Origin: Phenylobacterium sp.
GTDB lineage: Bacteria; Pseudomonadota; Alphaproteobacteria; Caulobacterales; Caulobacteraceae
Direction: 5' to 3'
NCBI GenBank assembly: GCA_036279815.1
Contig: DASUIJ010000206.1
Location: forward strand, 1-38,730
DNA length: 38,730 nt
Translations under genes and position numbers: made by a program
Notes under the pieces: model-generated
The model's database searches: none
What the model was told of the DNA's origin: nothing
The model's input: only the letters and a program-made list of their open reading frames with translations
Shown: positions 26,242 to 35,110 of the stretch, piece after piece
Numbering within the stretch: position 1 is the stretch's first letter
How the letters are laid out: each line of letters opens with the position of its first letter

Positions 26242-26472
26242 ATGGTTCAACGTCATCCCTTCGAAATCACCGATCGCGGCCAAACCCATGCCGGTGAATG
26301 GCGCGTCGAAGACGGGCAGGTTCACGTCACCAGCCACCTTGGCTCGATCAGCTCTCCGGTCGTGACCCTGATGGATCGGATGATCCCCCTGCCTTCCGAC
26401 AGGGCGAAGGGCATGCTGTGGAAGCTGGCTCGGGCCAGCGATCCAAATCGACCTTTCTGGTATTGGCGTTAG
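26242..26472 (+). CDS. Small hypothetical protein
   Basis: ORF MVQRHPFEITDRG...RPFWYWR fills the gap after gshA; no recognisable motif. Confidence 0.5.
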   Translation: MVQRHPFEITDRGQTHAGEWRVEDGQVHVTSHLGSISSPVVTLMDRMIPLPSDRAKGMLWKLARASDPNRPFWYWR

Positions 26473-26504
26473 GTCGGCCGGCCAGGCGACCGGAGGCTGC
26501 GGAC

Positions 26505-26734
26505 GTGATCGTGCCCAAATACGCCAAGCTGGAGAACGAACGGCGTTCCTCGCGAATCTGGCCCGGGCTCGGGACCTGACCGGACTGCCGCAGCGCCGGA
26601 TCGAGGACCGCTACCTCGACGGCTCGCGGCTGCGCCTGCGGGCGATGACCGACAGCGTCACGGCCGACCCGTTCTTCTCCGGTGGGAGCCTGTGTCGGGT
26701 CTCGGCGGCGGAACTGGCCGCGCGGATGGGCTAG
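26505..26734 (+). pseudogene. Frameshifted and internally deleted CYTH-domain gene
   Basis: GGAGG RBS, then PKYAKLENERR, a frameshift near 26545, then FLANLARARDLTGLPQRRIEDRYLDGSRLRLRAMTDSVTADPFFSGGSLCRVSAAELAARMG*. ExERRFL and RLRLR are CYTH-like. Confidence 0.7.
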
Positions 26735-26798
26735 CCGTCACCCCGGTCGGCGCGCGCGGGAGATTTCTCCTCAACCGAGGTTGGTCTTTCGTCGCCGT

Positions 26799-27293
26799 TC
26801 AGCCGCCATGGGGCCGGGTCGGGTCGTCCAGGTTGGTGGGCCAGTGTTCCCTCTGGCTGGACCCGGAGCCGCTGTCGGTGTGCAGGATCGCTTCGTCGAT
26901 GTCGGTGCGCAGGGCATGCGGAACGACGGCTTCGTCCTCCACCGCATAGACCTCGACCTTCTCGCGATAGAAGGCCAGGCGGCCGCGAATCTGCTCCATG
27001 GCCGGGAAGGGCTCTTCGTAGGTCCAGACGGCGTTTTCGGCGAAATGGCCGTCCATCAGGAGAGTGTAGTAGCTGGCGTCGCCCTTGTAGGGGCAGTAGG
27101 TCGCGCGGTCGGTGAGGGTGAGGAATTCCAGCGAGACGTCCCCGCGTGGGAAGTAGACCACGGGGTGGCAATTCTCCTCCTCCAGGATCAGGGCGTCGCC
27201 GGTGTCGGCGATCACGTGTCCCTGGAAGCCGACCCGCCAGCGGGTGGCGGCCGGGGCGATGGTGATCGGATGGTCGGGACCGGGGATCTTCAT
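26799..27293 (-). CDS. DUF427 domain protein
   Basis: MKIPGPDHPITI, PVVYFPR, TYCPYKGDASY, AVWTYEEP; RBS AGGAG. Confidence 0.88.
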   Translation of the reverse strand: MKIPGPDHPITIAPAATRWRVGFQGHVIADTGDALILEEENCHPVVYFPRGDVSLEFLTLTDRATYCPYKGDASYYTLLMDGHFAENAVWTYEEPFPAMEQIRGRLAFYREKVEVYAVEDEAVVPHALRTDIDEAILHTDSGSGSSQREHWPTNLDDPTRPHGG

Positions 27294-27481
27294 GGCGGGC
27301 CTCTCCTGGGTTCGGAAGCGGAACGTCTGACATGGGCCCGAAGCTCCCCGGGCGCCAGCCACTTGGCGCCGGGTTGCTTGTCTTGGCCCGTTTGGCGTGA
27401 TCATCTGCCGCCAAATCATGCTCGGCGGGGGCGAAACAGCCCCGATCAGCGCCGGCCGTCTAAGGAACGGATCACCCCTAA

Positions 27482-29374
27482 ATGAATCTCGTCGTCCTGC
27501 TCGGGCTCGTCGTCACCCTTCTGACCGGCGTTCCCGTCCTGCTTCAGCTCATGCGCAATCACCCACGCGGGCTGATCATCCTGTTCTTCGCCGAGATGTG
27601 GGAGCGGTTTTCCTATTACGGGATGCGCGGCATCCTGATCTTCTACCTGACGCAGCACCTGCTGTTCGACCAGGCGGCGGCGAGCGCCCAGTACGGATCC
27701 TACACCTCGCTGGTGTACCTGCTGCCGCTGGTGGGCGGCATCCTGGCCGACCGCTACCTGGGCACCCGCAAGGCGGTGGTGTTCGGCGCCCTGTTGCTGG
27801 TCGCCGGCCATTCCATGATGGCCCTCGAAGGCAAGCCCGCCACCGAGACCCTCAGCTATGCGGGCCAGACCTACCAGGTCGAGGCCGCGGGCCGGATGGA
27901 GGACCGCAAGGCGCACATCGTCGTCGCCGGCACGCCCTATGAGTTCGGCCCCTCCAAGGACGGCGGCTTCGAGATCAAGAACCTGCCGGCCGGCGCGCCC
28001 CTGCCGCAGGTCCTGCCCAAGGGCGAATACAAGCTGGAGATCCACCGCGACCCGTTCGGGGTGAACGCCTTCTACCTGTCCGTTTCGCTGATCATCATGG
28101 GGGTGGGCTTCCTCAAGCCGAACATCTCCACCGTGGTCGGCCAGCTCTATCCCGAGGGCGATCCCCGTCGGGATTCCGGCTTCACCCTCTACTATTACGG
28201 CGTGAACCTGGGCGCGTTCTGGGCGTCGCTGGTCTGCGGCCTGCTGGGCCAGTACGTCGGCTGGTGGGCGGGCTTCGGCCTCGCGGGCGTCGGCATGGCC
28301 CTGGGCCTTGTCGTGTTCATCATCGGCAAGCCGCTGCTCCAGGGGAAGGGCGAGCCGCCGGATCCTGTGAAGCTCAAGGCGCCGCTGTTCGGACCCGTCA
28401 GCCGCGAATGGCTGATCTACATCCTGGGCGTCCTGGGCGTCGGCGTGGTGTTCATGCTGGTGCCGCGCAACAACCTCGTGGGCGTCGCGCTCACCCTGGC
28501 GATCCTCGCCTCGGCGGGCGTCATCGCCTTCATCATCGCGGTGGCCTGCAAGACCTGGGCGGAGCGCCAGCGAATGATGCTGGCGGTCATCCTCATCCTC
28601 GGCGCGGTGGTGTTCTTCACCCTGTTCGAACAGGCGGGCAGCTCGCTCAACCTCTTCGCCTCAACCAATGTGGACCTGACGGTCATGAGGGAGGCCACCA
28701 CGTTCATGGGGCTGCCGGTGGGCAGCCGCGCCCAACTCGAGGCGGCGGGCGTCCACCCGTCGGGCCTGGCCTGGATCGACACCGCCATGGGCGCCGCACA
28801 GACCCAGTCGTTCAACGCCGGCTTCATTCTCATCTTCGCGCCCGTCTTCGCGGCGATGTGGGCCTTCCTGGGCGCGCGGGGTCGTGACTTCGGACCGACC
28901 ATGAAGTTCGGCCTTGGCCTCATCCAGGTCGGCCTGGGCTTCATGGTGGTGGTGTGGGGCGCCGGCCTGCACGACGCCGCCTTCCGCCTGCCGCTTCTGC
29001 TTCTGGCCCTGCTCTATCTGCTGCACACGACCGGCGAACTGTTCCTGTCGCCGGTGGGCCTGTCGCAGATCACCAAGCTGGCCCTGCCGACCGTCGTCTC
29101 GTTCATGATGGCGGTCTGGTTCCTGGCCTCCTCGGCGGCCCAGTTCGTCGGCGGATGGATCGCCAGCCTCGCCGGCACCGAGACCGTGGGCGGTCAGGTG
29201 ATGGACCCGGCCGCGGCCCTGGCCGCCTCGACGCGGGTGTTCAACATGCTGGGCTGGGGCGGCATCGGGTGCGGCGTGGTCTTCATCCTGCTCAGCTTCT
29301 TCGTGAAGGCCTGGACGCACGACGTGAAGACCGAGGCCCATGCGGAGATCGAGAGCGGCGCCCCCGTCGTTTAG
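27482..29374 (+). CDS. POT/PTR2 proton-dependent oligopeptide MFS transporter
   Basis: EMWERFSYYGMR (ExxERFxYY), GGILADRYLG, KPNIS, FTLYYYGVNLG, GELFLSPVGLS. Confidence 0.95.
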   Translation: MNLVVLLGLVVTLLTGVPVLLQLMRNHPRGLIILFFAEMWERFSYYGMRGILIFYLTQHLLFDQAAASAQYGSYTSLVYLLPLVGGILADRYLGTRKAVVFGALLLVAGHSMMALEGKPATETLSYAGQTYQVEAAGRMEDRKAHIVVAGTPYEFGPSKDGGFEIKNLPAGAPLPQVLPKGEYKLEIHRDPFGVNAFYLSVSLIIMGVGFLKPNISTVVGQLYPEGDPRRDSGFTLYYYGVNLGAFWASLVCGLLGQYVGWWAGFGLAGVGMALGLVVFIIGKPLLQGKGEPPDPVKLKAPLFGPVSREWLIYILGVLGVGVVFMLVPRNNLVGVALTLAILASAGVIAFIIAVACKTWAERQRMMLAVILILGAVVFFTLFEQAGSSLNLFASTNVDLTVMREATTFMGLPVGSRAQLEAAGVHPSGLAWIDTAMGAAQTQSFNAGFILIFAPVFAAMWAFLGARGRDFGPTMKFGLGLIQVGLGFMVVVWGAGLHDAAFRLPLLLLALLYLLHTTGELFLSPVGLSQITKLALPTVVSFMMAVWFLASSAAQFVGGWIASLAGTETVGGQVMDPAAALAASTRVFNMLGWGGIGCGVVFILLSFFVKAWTHDVKTEAHAEIESGAPVV

Positions 29375-29383
29375 GCGGCGGGC

Positions 29384-31435
29384 TCAGCCGAAGGTCTTGC
29401 GGACCCGCAGGTAGTAGCTGCGGCCGAACTGGATGTCGCGGTCGTCGGTGAAGGCCAGGCCGGCCAGGTTTCGGGGTCCGGCATAGACGTCCTGGATGTG
29501 GCGGAAACCGCGTTCGGTCAGGTTCTGCACCTGGGCGGTGAAGGTCAGGTCCGGCGCCGGCTTGTACTCGGCGTAGAGCACCACGAAGGTCTTCAGCTTG
29601 TCGGTGTAGACCTGGTCGAACCGGTAGGAGGTCTGGCGCCAGCCGCCGAAGACGTCGACGCCCCAGTTGGCGTTGAACTGCGGCAGGTCCTGGCTGAAGT
29701 GGGCCTCCCACTCCACCGGCCGCAGGCGGGAGATCTCGCGTTTGGCCAGGGTGGTGGGGTCGGTCACCTCCGACTTGCGCCAGGTGGAGGTCCCGCGCAG
29801 CTGGCCGCCCGGGATCAGGAACCGGTCCAGCGGCAGGGTCAGGTCGAGGATCGCTTCATCCTTGGTCCCGTCGCCGATGTTGCTGGGCGCGTCGTGGGCG
29901 ACGCCGGCGGCGTCGAAGCTGGGCGCCCGGTCGATGGCGTCGCTCAGTTCGGAATGGCGCAGGGTCAGGGCGATCGAGCCCTTCTTCCAGAATCCCTGCT
30001 CGACCGCGATTTCGCTCACCCAGGCCTGCTCCGGATCGAGGTCCGGATTGCCCGCCGTCACCACGCCCGAGGCCAGGGTGGAGGAGGCGACGAAGTCGTC
30101 GAAATTCAGCTGGCCCACGACGCGCTCGTAGCGCAGGCGGACCTGGGTCCCCTGGGCGGGCGCCCAGGTGACGAACAGCCGGGGCTTGGCGAAATGGAGG
30201 TCCTTCTCCAGCCGCACGTCGCCGGTGGAGGTGATCGAGGAGGTCTCGTACCGGAGGCCGCCTTCGAGCGTCCATTGCGGGCTGGCCCGCCAGACCGCCT
30301 TGCCGAAGACTTCGTTGCGCTTCTCCTCCACATGGACGTTGGCCGCGGGCAGGGGCACGGGCGCGCCGTTGCGGACGAACGAGGTCTTGTTGTCCAGGGT
30401 GTTGAGCGCGCCCTCGCCGCCGGCCTCCAGGGACAGGGCGTCGCTCCAGCGGTATTTCAGCACGCCCCGGCCGATGGTCTCCTCGGTGTCCTTGTCCAGG
30501 CCGAAACGGACCTTGGCGGCCGGCGTGCGGAACTCCGAGGCGTAGGCCAGATCGTCGGTCTGGCGCAGGGCCACCAGCTCCAGCTGGGTCCGATCGCCGA
30601 ACCTGCGGCTGAAACGGGCGCCGAGCTCCGTCTGCAGGCGGTCCTGGGTGTCGTGGCCGGAATCCAGCTCGATCGTCGGGAAGGTCACGCGGTCGAGCTC
30701 GTTGTAGCGATAGTGGTCGTCGAACAGCCGCCCGTTCACCTTCAGGCTCCCGCCGGCGAAGGGCAGCTCGTAGGCGGCGGTGCCCACGGACTGGTGGACA
30801 TCTCCGTGGCTCTCGATGCCCGCCCGGCCCAGCACCTTGCCGGTCGGGTCGACCTGCAGGTTCGGGCCCGAGCCCGAGCCGTCGTCCACGCCTTCGCCGT
30901 AGCGGGCGCTGCCCTCGAACGAGCCGGGGCCGATGGGGCCGGTCAGCTCCAGGCGCACCCCGATCTTGTCGCGGCCGTCATAGATGTAGTTGTTGGCGAA
31001 CGCGGTCACCGCCTGCCACTTGGCGGTCTTGGACCGGACCACGTTGGCGATGATCGACTTGCCCTGCATGTCGATGCCCGGCGCGCCGCCGCGGATCAGC
31101 TCGACATGGTCCACCTGGCCGGCGGGGATGCGGCGCAGGATCTCGTCCAGGCTGTCGGTCTTGGAGGCGGGCCGCGCGCCGTCGATCAGCACATTGCCCG
31201 CCGCGCCCTCGAAGCCGCGCACGTCGTCGCCGGTGTCGAGCTGGAAGCCGGGCACCCGGGCCAGCATGTCCAAGGCGGTGGTCGCCTTGGCCGCGGCGAA
31301 GAACGAGACCGGATAGCTGGTCACGCCCTGGACCGCGGCCGGCGAGATCGCCGCCGCCTCCACGGCCTGGGCCGGCGCGGCGTCGTGGGCGGCGGCGGCG
31401 GCCAGGACGGTGATCAGGCTCAGTGCAGGTGACAT
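29384..31435 (-). CDS. TonB-dependent receptor-like outer membrane protein, paralog A
   Basis: Plug motifs DMLARVPGF, NVLIDG, VELIRGG; GNPDLDPE; C-terminal YYLRVRKTFG. Confidence 0.9.
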   Translation of the reverse strand: MSPALSLITVLAAAAAHDAAPAQAVEAAAISPAAVQGVTSYPVSFFAAAKATTALDMLARVPGFQLDTGDDVRGFEGAAGNVLIDGARPASKTDSLDEILRRIPAGQVDHVELIRGGAPGIDMQGKSIIANVVRSKTAKWQAVTAFANNYIYDGRDKIGVRLELTGPIGPGSFEGSARYGEGVDDGSGSGPNLQVDPTGKVLGRAGIESHGDVHQSVGTAAYELPFAGGSLKVNGRLFDDHYRYNELDRVTFPTIELDSGHDTQDRLQTELGARFSRRFGDRTQLELVALRQTDDLAYASEFRTPAAKVRFGLDKDTEETIGRGVLKYRWSDALSLEAGGEGALNTLDNKTSFVRNGAPVPLPAANVHVEEKRNEVFGKAVWRASPQWTLEGGLRYETSSITSTGDVRLEKDLHFAKPRLFVTWAPAQGTQVRLRYERVVGQLNFDDFVASSTLASGVVTAGNPDLDPEQAWVSEIAVEQGFWKKGSIALTLRHSELSDAIDRAPSFDAAGVAHDAPSNIGDGTKDEAILDLTLPLDRFLIPGGQLRGTSTWRKSEVTDPTTLAKREISRLRPVEWEAHFSQDLPQFNANWGVDVFGGWRQTSYRFDQVYTDKLKTFVVLYAEYKPAPDLTFTAQVQNLTERGFRHIQDVYAGPRNLAGLAFTDDRDIQFGRSYYLRVRKTFG

Positions 31436-31490
31436 GCGGCTCCCCGGAAAACGCGCCGTCAGGTGGCTCGCGGGTGGGCGCCGGGGCCAG

Positions 31491-31506
31491 TTAAATGCCT
31501 GTAAGG
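31491..31506 (-). promoter_or_regulatory. UzcR m_5-like site upstream of TBDR A
   Basis: Minus strand CCTTAC-AGGCAT-TTAA versus the recalled consensus CATTAC-N6-TTAA; a further TTAA lies 10 bp upstream. Confidence 0.55.
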
Positions 31507-31531
31507 TAGATTAAATCTCCGACAGGTCCGG

Positions 31532-33556
31532 TCAGAAGGTCTTGCGAAGGCGGACATAGGCCATCCGCCCGAACTGGATGTCGCGGTCGTCCACGAAGGC
31601 CAGTCCGCGGGTGCTGCGCGGGCCGGAATAGACGTAGCGGGTGTGGCGGAATCCGCGCTCGGTGAAGTTGCCCGCCTCGGCCCGGATGCTCAGGTCCGTT
31701 CGGGGTTTCCACTCGATGAACGGCTGGACGTAGGCCTTCAGCTTGTCGATGGCGATCTGGTCCTGGCGATAGGACGTCTGGCGCCAGGCGCCGAAGGCGT
31801 CGACACCCCAGTTCAACTTGTACTGCGGCAGGTCCCAGCTGAAGTGCGCCTCCCATTCCTGGGGCCGCAGCTTGGAGATTTCCCGCGTCTCGTGCGTGGT
31901 GGGATCGGTCACTTCCGACTCCCGCCAGGTGGACTCCAGGCGCAGCAGCACGCCCCTCAGGCCGATCTTGTCGAAGGGCAGGGTGAGGCTGGCGATCAGT
32001 TCGTCCTTGGTTCCCTCGCCGATGTTGGCCGGGGCGTCGAACACGCCGGTGGCGGTGAACACCGGGGCCCGGTCGATGACGTCGGTGAGGGTCGAATGGC
32101 GCACGGTCAGCACGGCTGCGCCGCCGCTCCAGAACCTCCGCTCGATGGCGGCCTCGCTGACCCAGGCCTGTTCCGGATTGAGGTCGGGGTTGCCGGTGGT
32201 CACCACCCCCGTGCCGAGCGAGGACGACGCGGTGAAGTCGTCGAAGTTCAACTGGCCGACCACCCGCTCGAACCGCACCCGCAGCTGGGTCCTGGCGTCG
32301 GGATCCCAGGCCACCGAAAGCCGGGGCTTGGTGAAGGTGAGCGACTTTTCCAGCCGCACATCGCCGGACGAGGTGATCTCCGAGCCTTCCTGGCGCAGGG
32401 CGGCCTCGACCGTCCACTTCGGAAGCGGCCGCCAGACGGCCTTGCCGAACACCTCCCAGCGCTTCTCCTCCACGTGCACATTGGCGGCGGGCAGGACGAT
32501 CGCGGCGCCGTTCTCGGTGAACCGGATCCCGTTGTCGAGGGTGTTGAGCGCGCCTTCGCCGCCCAGCTCCCACGACAGTTTCGGGGTCTGGGTGAACTTC
32601 AGGACGCCGCGGGCGATCGACTCGCCGGTCTGGGAATCCTGGATGAAATGCTGCGCCGTTCCCGGGGAGTCGCTGACCTCGTCGTAGAGCTCGTCCTTGG
32701 ACTGGCGCAGGCCGACCATTTCGAGCTTGAGGCGGGCGCCGAAGTCGCGGCTGTAGCGCACGCCGATCTCGGTGGTGTCCTTGTCGTCGCTCTTGTGGTC
32801 GAGCGCGAGACTGTCGGCGGGAAAGCTCGACCGGTTGGTCTCGTCATAGTCGAAATTGTTGCGCGCGAAGCGGCCGTTGACGCGCAGCCGACCTCCCATG
32901 AGGGGCAGCTCGTAGGCGCCCGTCGCGACGATGTCGCTGCCGGCGCCTTCGGACTGCACCAGGGACCGGATCTGCGGCGCTCCGCCCGGACCCAGCTGCA
33001 CCCGCGGACCATCGCCGGCGCCGTCGTCTATGCCCCGGCCCATGAACAGGCCCGCTTCCCAGCTGCGGCCTCCGGTTCGCCCGGAGCCTTCCAGCCGCAT
33101 GGCGCCTCCGCTGCGGCCGTCATCCACCACATAGTTGTGGGCCACGGCGAACAGGCCGTTGAAGCTGTCGCCGGTCTTCAGGACCACGTTGGCGATCACC
33201 GATTTGCCCTGCATGTCGATGCCGGGCGCGCCGCCGCGGATCAGGTCCACATGGGCGATCTTGGCGGCCGGGATGCGGCGCAGGATCTCGTCGAGGTTGT
33301 CAGTCTTGGAGGCGGGCCTCTGGCCGTCGATCAGCACATTGCCCGCCGCGCCCTCGAAACCGCGGACGGAATCGCCGCCGTCGAAGGAAAAGCCCGGGAT
33401 GCGCGCGACCATCTCGCTGGCGTTGGCGGGCCGGGCGGCGGCGAAGAACTCGGCGGGATAGGAGATCACCCCCTGGGTCGGCGGAGCCGCCGCCGCCGTC
33501 TCGAGGCTCGCCGCCGCGGCCGCCGCCTGGGCCAGCGCGTGGATGATGATCGGCAT
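31532..33556 (-). CDS. TonB-dependent receptor-like outer membrane protein, paralog B
   Basis: EMVARIPGF, NVLIDGQRP, DLIRGG, GNPDLNPE, C-terminal YVRLRKTF. Start at MPIIIH after GGGAG. Confidence 0.9.
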   Translation of the reverse strand: MPIIIHALAQAAAAAASLETAAAAPPTQGVISYPAEFFAAARPANASEMVARIPGFSFDGGDSVRGFEGAAGNVLIDGQRPASKTDNLDEILRRIPAAKIAHVDLIRGGAPGIDMQGKSVIANVVLKTGDSFNGLFAVAHNYVVDDGRSGGAMRLEGSGRTGGRSWEAGLFMGRGIDDGAGDGPRVQLGPGGAPQIRSLVQSEGAGSDIVATGAYELPLMGGRLRVNGRFARNNFDYDETNRSSFPADSLALDHKSDDKDTTEIGVRYSRDFGARLKLEMVGLRQSKDELYDEVSDSPGTAQHFIQDSQTGESIARGVLKFTQTPKLSWELGGEGALNTLDNGIRFTENGAAIVLPAANVHVEEKRWEVFGKAVWRPLPKWTVEAALRQEGSEITSSGDVRLEKSLTFTKPRLSVAWDPDARTQLRVRFERVVGQLNFDDFTASSSLGTGVVTTGNPDLNPEQAWVSEAAIERRFWSGGAAVLTVRHSTLTDVIDRAPVFTATGVFDAPANIGEGTKDELIASLTLPFDKIGLRGVLLRLESTWRESEVTDPTTHETREISKLRPQEWEAHFSWDLPQYKLNWGVDAFGAWRQTSYRQDQIAIDKLKAYVQPFIEWKPRTDLSIRAEAGNFTERGFRHTRYVYSGPRSTRGLAFVDDRDIQFGRMAYVRLRKTF

Positions 33557-33617
33557 GGCCGCGGACTCCCGGAATTTTACGCACGTCAACTGACCTGCGT
33601 CGGGAGGGGCCCGCCAA

Positions 33618-33633
33618 TTAAAAGGCCGTAATC
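33618..33633 (-). promoter_or_regulatory. UzcR m_5-like site upstream of TBDR B
   Basis: Minus strand GATTAC-GGCCTT-TTAA, with an adjacent plus-strand CATTAC at 33636-33641. Confidence 0.6.
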
Positions 33634-33679
33634 TGCATTACATTTGCGAAATCTAAGCGCCGCTTAGTCGGCGCCGGGG

Positions 33680-35110
33680 CTAGACGCTGGTGCCGCCGAC
33701 CGTCAGTCCGGTGATCTTCAGGGAGGGCTGGCCGACGCCCACCGGGACGCTCTGGCCGGACTTGCCGCAGACGCCGACACCGGGGTCGAAGCCGAAGTCG
33801 TCGCCGATCATGGTGACCCGGGTCAGCGCCGAGGGGCCGTCGCCGATCAGGGTGGCGCCCTTGACCGGGGTGGTGATCCTGCCGTCCTCGATCAGGTAGG
33901 CCTCGGTGCATTGGAAGACGAACTTGCCGTTGGTGATGTCCACCTGGCCGCCGCCGAAATTGGCGCAGTAGAGCCCGCGCTTGGTGGCTTCGATCATCTC
34001 GGCCCGCGGGGTGGAGCCGCCCTCCATGGCGGTGTTGGTCATGCGGGGCATCGGCATGTGGGCGTAGGACTGGCGCCTGCCGTTGCCGGTGGCCTTCATG
34101 CCCATCAGGCGCGCGCTCATGCGGTCGTGCATGTAGCCCACCAGGACGCCGTCCTCGATCAGCACGGTGCGTTCGGTGGGGGTCCCCTCGTCGTCGACGG
34201 TCAGCGAACCGCGCCGGCCGGCCAGGGAGCCGTCGTCGAACACGGTGACGCCCTTGGCGGCCACCCGCTCGCCGATCCGGCCGGAGAAGGCCGACGTGCC
34301 CTTGCGGTTGAAGTCGCCCTCCAGGCCGTGGCCCACGGCTTCGTGCAGCAGCACGCCGTTCCAGCCCGGACCCAGGACCACGTCCATCTCGCCGGCCGGG
34401 CAGGGGACGGCGTCCAGGTTGACCAGGGCCTGGCGCAGGGCCTCCTCGGCCTGCTCCTGCCACTTCTCGGCGCTGATCCAGGCCTCGAATCCGGCGCGGC
34501 CGCCGGCGCCGGTGAAGCCGTTCTCGCGCTTGCCGTCCTTTTCCACGGTGATCTGCACATTGATGCGCGACAGCGGGCGCACGTCGCGGATCAACCGGCC
34601 GTCGGCGCGCAGGATCTCCACCGTGCGGCGTTCGCCGGACAGCGAGGCCATCACCTGGACCACCCGCGGGTCCAGCTTGCGGCACCAGGCGTCGATCTCC
34701 TGCAGCAGGGCGACCTTCTCGGAGAAGGCCGGCGAGGCGGTGGGGTCGTCCTCGCCATAGAGCTTGGTGTTGGTGGCCCGCGGGGCCTCGTCCGAGCTGC
34801 CCGAATAGCCGCGCTTGGCCAGGGCGGAGGACTGGCCGGCGCGACGGATCGCCGCCTCGGAGATTTCGCTGGAGTGCGAGTAGCCGGCGGTCTCGCCCGC
34901 CACCACCCGAAGGCCGAAGCCCTCCGACGAATCATAGGCCGCCGATTTCAGCCGCCCGTCGTCGAACAGGAATGATTCGCTTTCGGAGCGTTCGACGAAC
35001 AGCTCCCCGTCGTCCGCCCCGGCCAGGGCCTCGCCCAGGATCTCCCGGGCCCGTTCGGGCGCCACGCCGGCGGCGTCGAGGATCGAGGGAGCGGGGGAAT
35101 GGGCGTTCAT
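33680..35110 (-). CDS. tldD: Metalloprotease TldD
   Basis: GFGLRVV, LLHEAVGHGLEGD (HExxGH), TGNGRRQSY, PMPRMTNT, C-terminal GVCGKSGQ. Confidence 0.95.
   Translation of the reverse strand: MNAHSPAPSILDAAGVAPERAREILGEALAGADDGELFVERSESESFLFDDGRLKSAAYDSSEGFGLRVVAGETAGYSHSSEISEAAIRRAGQSSALAKRGYSGSSDEAPRATNTKLYGEDDPTASPAFSEKVALLQEIDAWCRKLDPRVVQVMASLSGERRTVEILRADGRLIRDVRPLSRINVQITVEKDGKRENGFTGAGGRAGFEAWISAEKWQEQAEEALRQALVNLDAVPCPAGEMDVVLGPGWNGVLLHEAVGHGLEGDFNRKGTSAFSGRIGERVAAKGVTVFDDGSLAGRRGSLTVDDEGTPTERTVLIEDGVLVGYMHDRMSARLMGMKATGNGRRQSYAHMPMPRMTNTAMEGGSTPRAEMIEATKRGLYCANFGGGQVDITNGKFVFQCTEAYLIEDGRITTPVKGATLIGDGPSALTRVTMIGDDFGFDPGVGVCGKSGQSVPVGVGQPSLKITGLTVGGTSV

Noticed and set aside
31491-33641. 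CtrA boxes upstream of the TBDRs
   Set aside because: Half-site spacing is N6 with TTAC/GTAA, not TTAA-N7-TTAA; it fits a UzcR-like repeat better.
5305-35110. RiPP cluster built from the 17-aa peptide, P450, methyltransferases, ABC exporters and TldD/PmbA
   Set aside because: The genes are scattered and on different strands. tldD and pmbA sit in ordinary housekeeping positions, and no YcaO, radical SAM, lanthipeptide or RRE protein is present. The peptide lacks a biarylitide-type YxH motif, and no short ORF abuts the P450.
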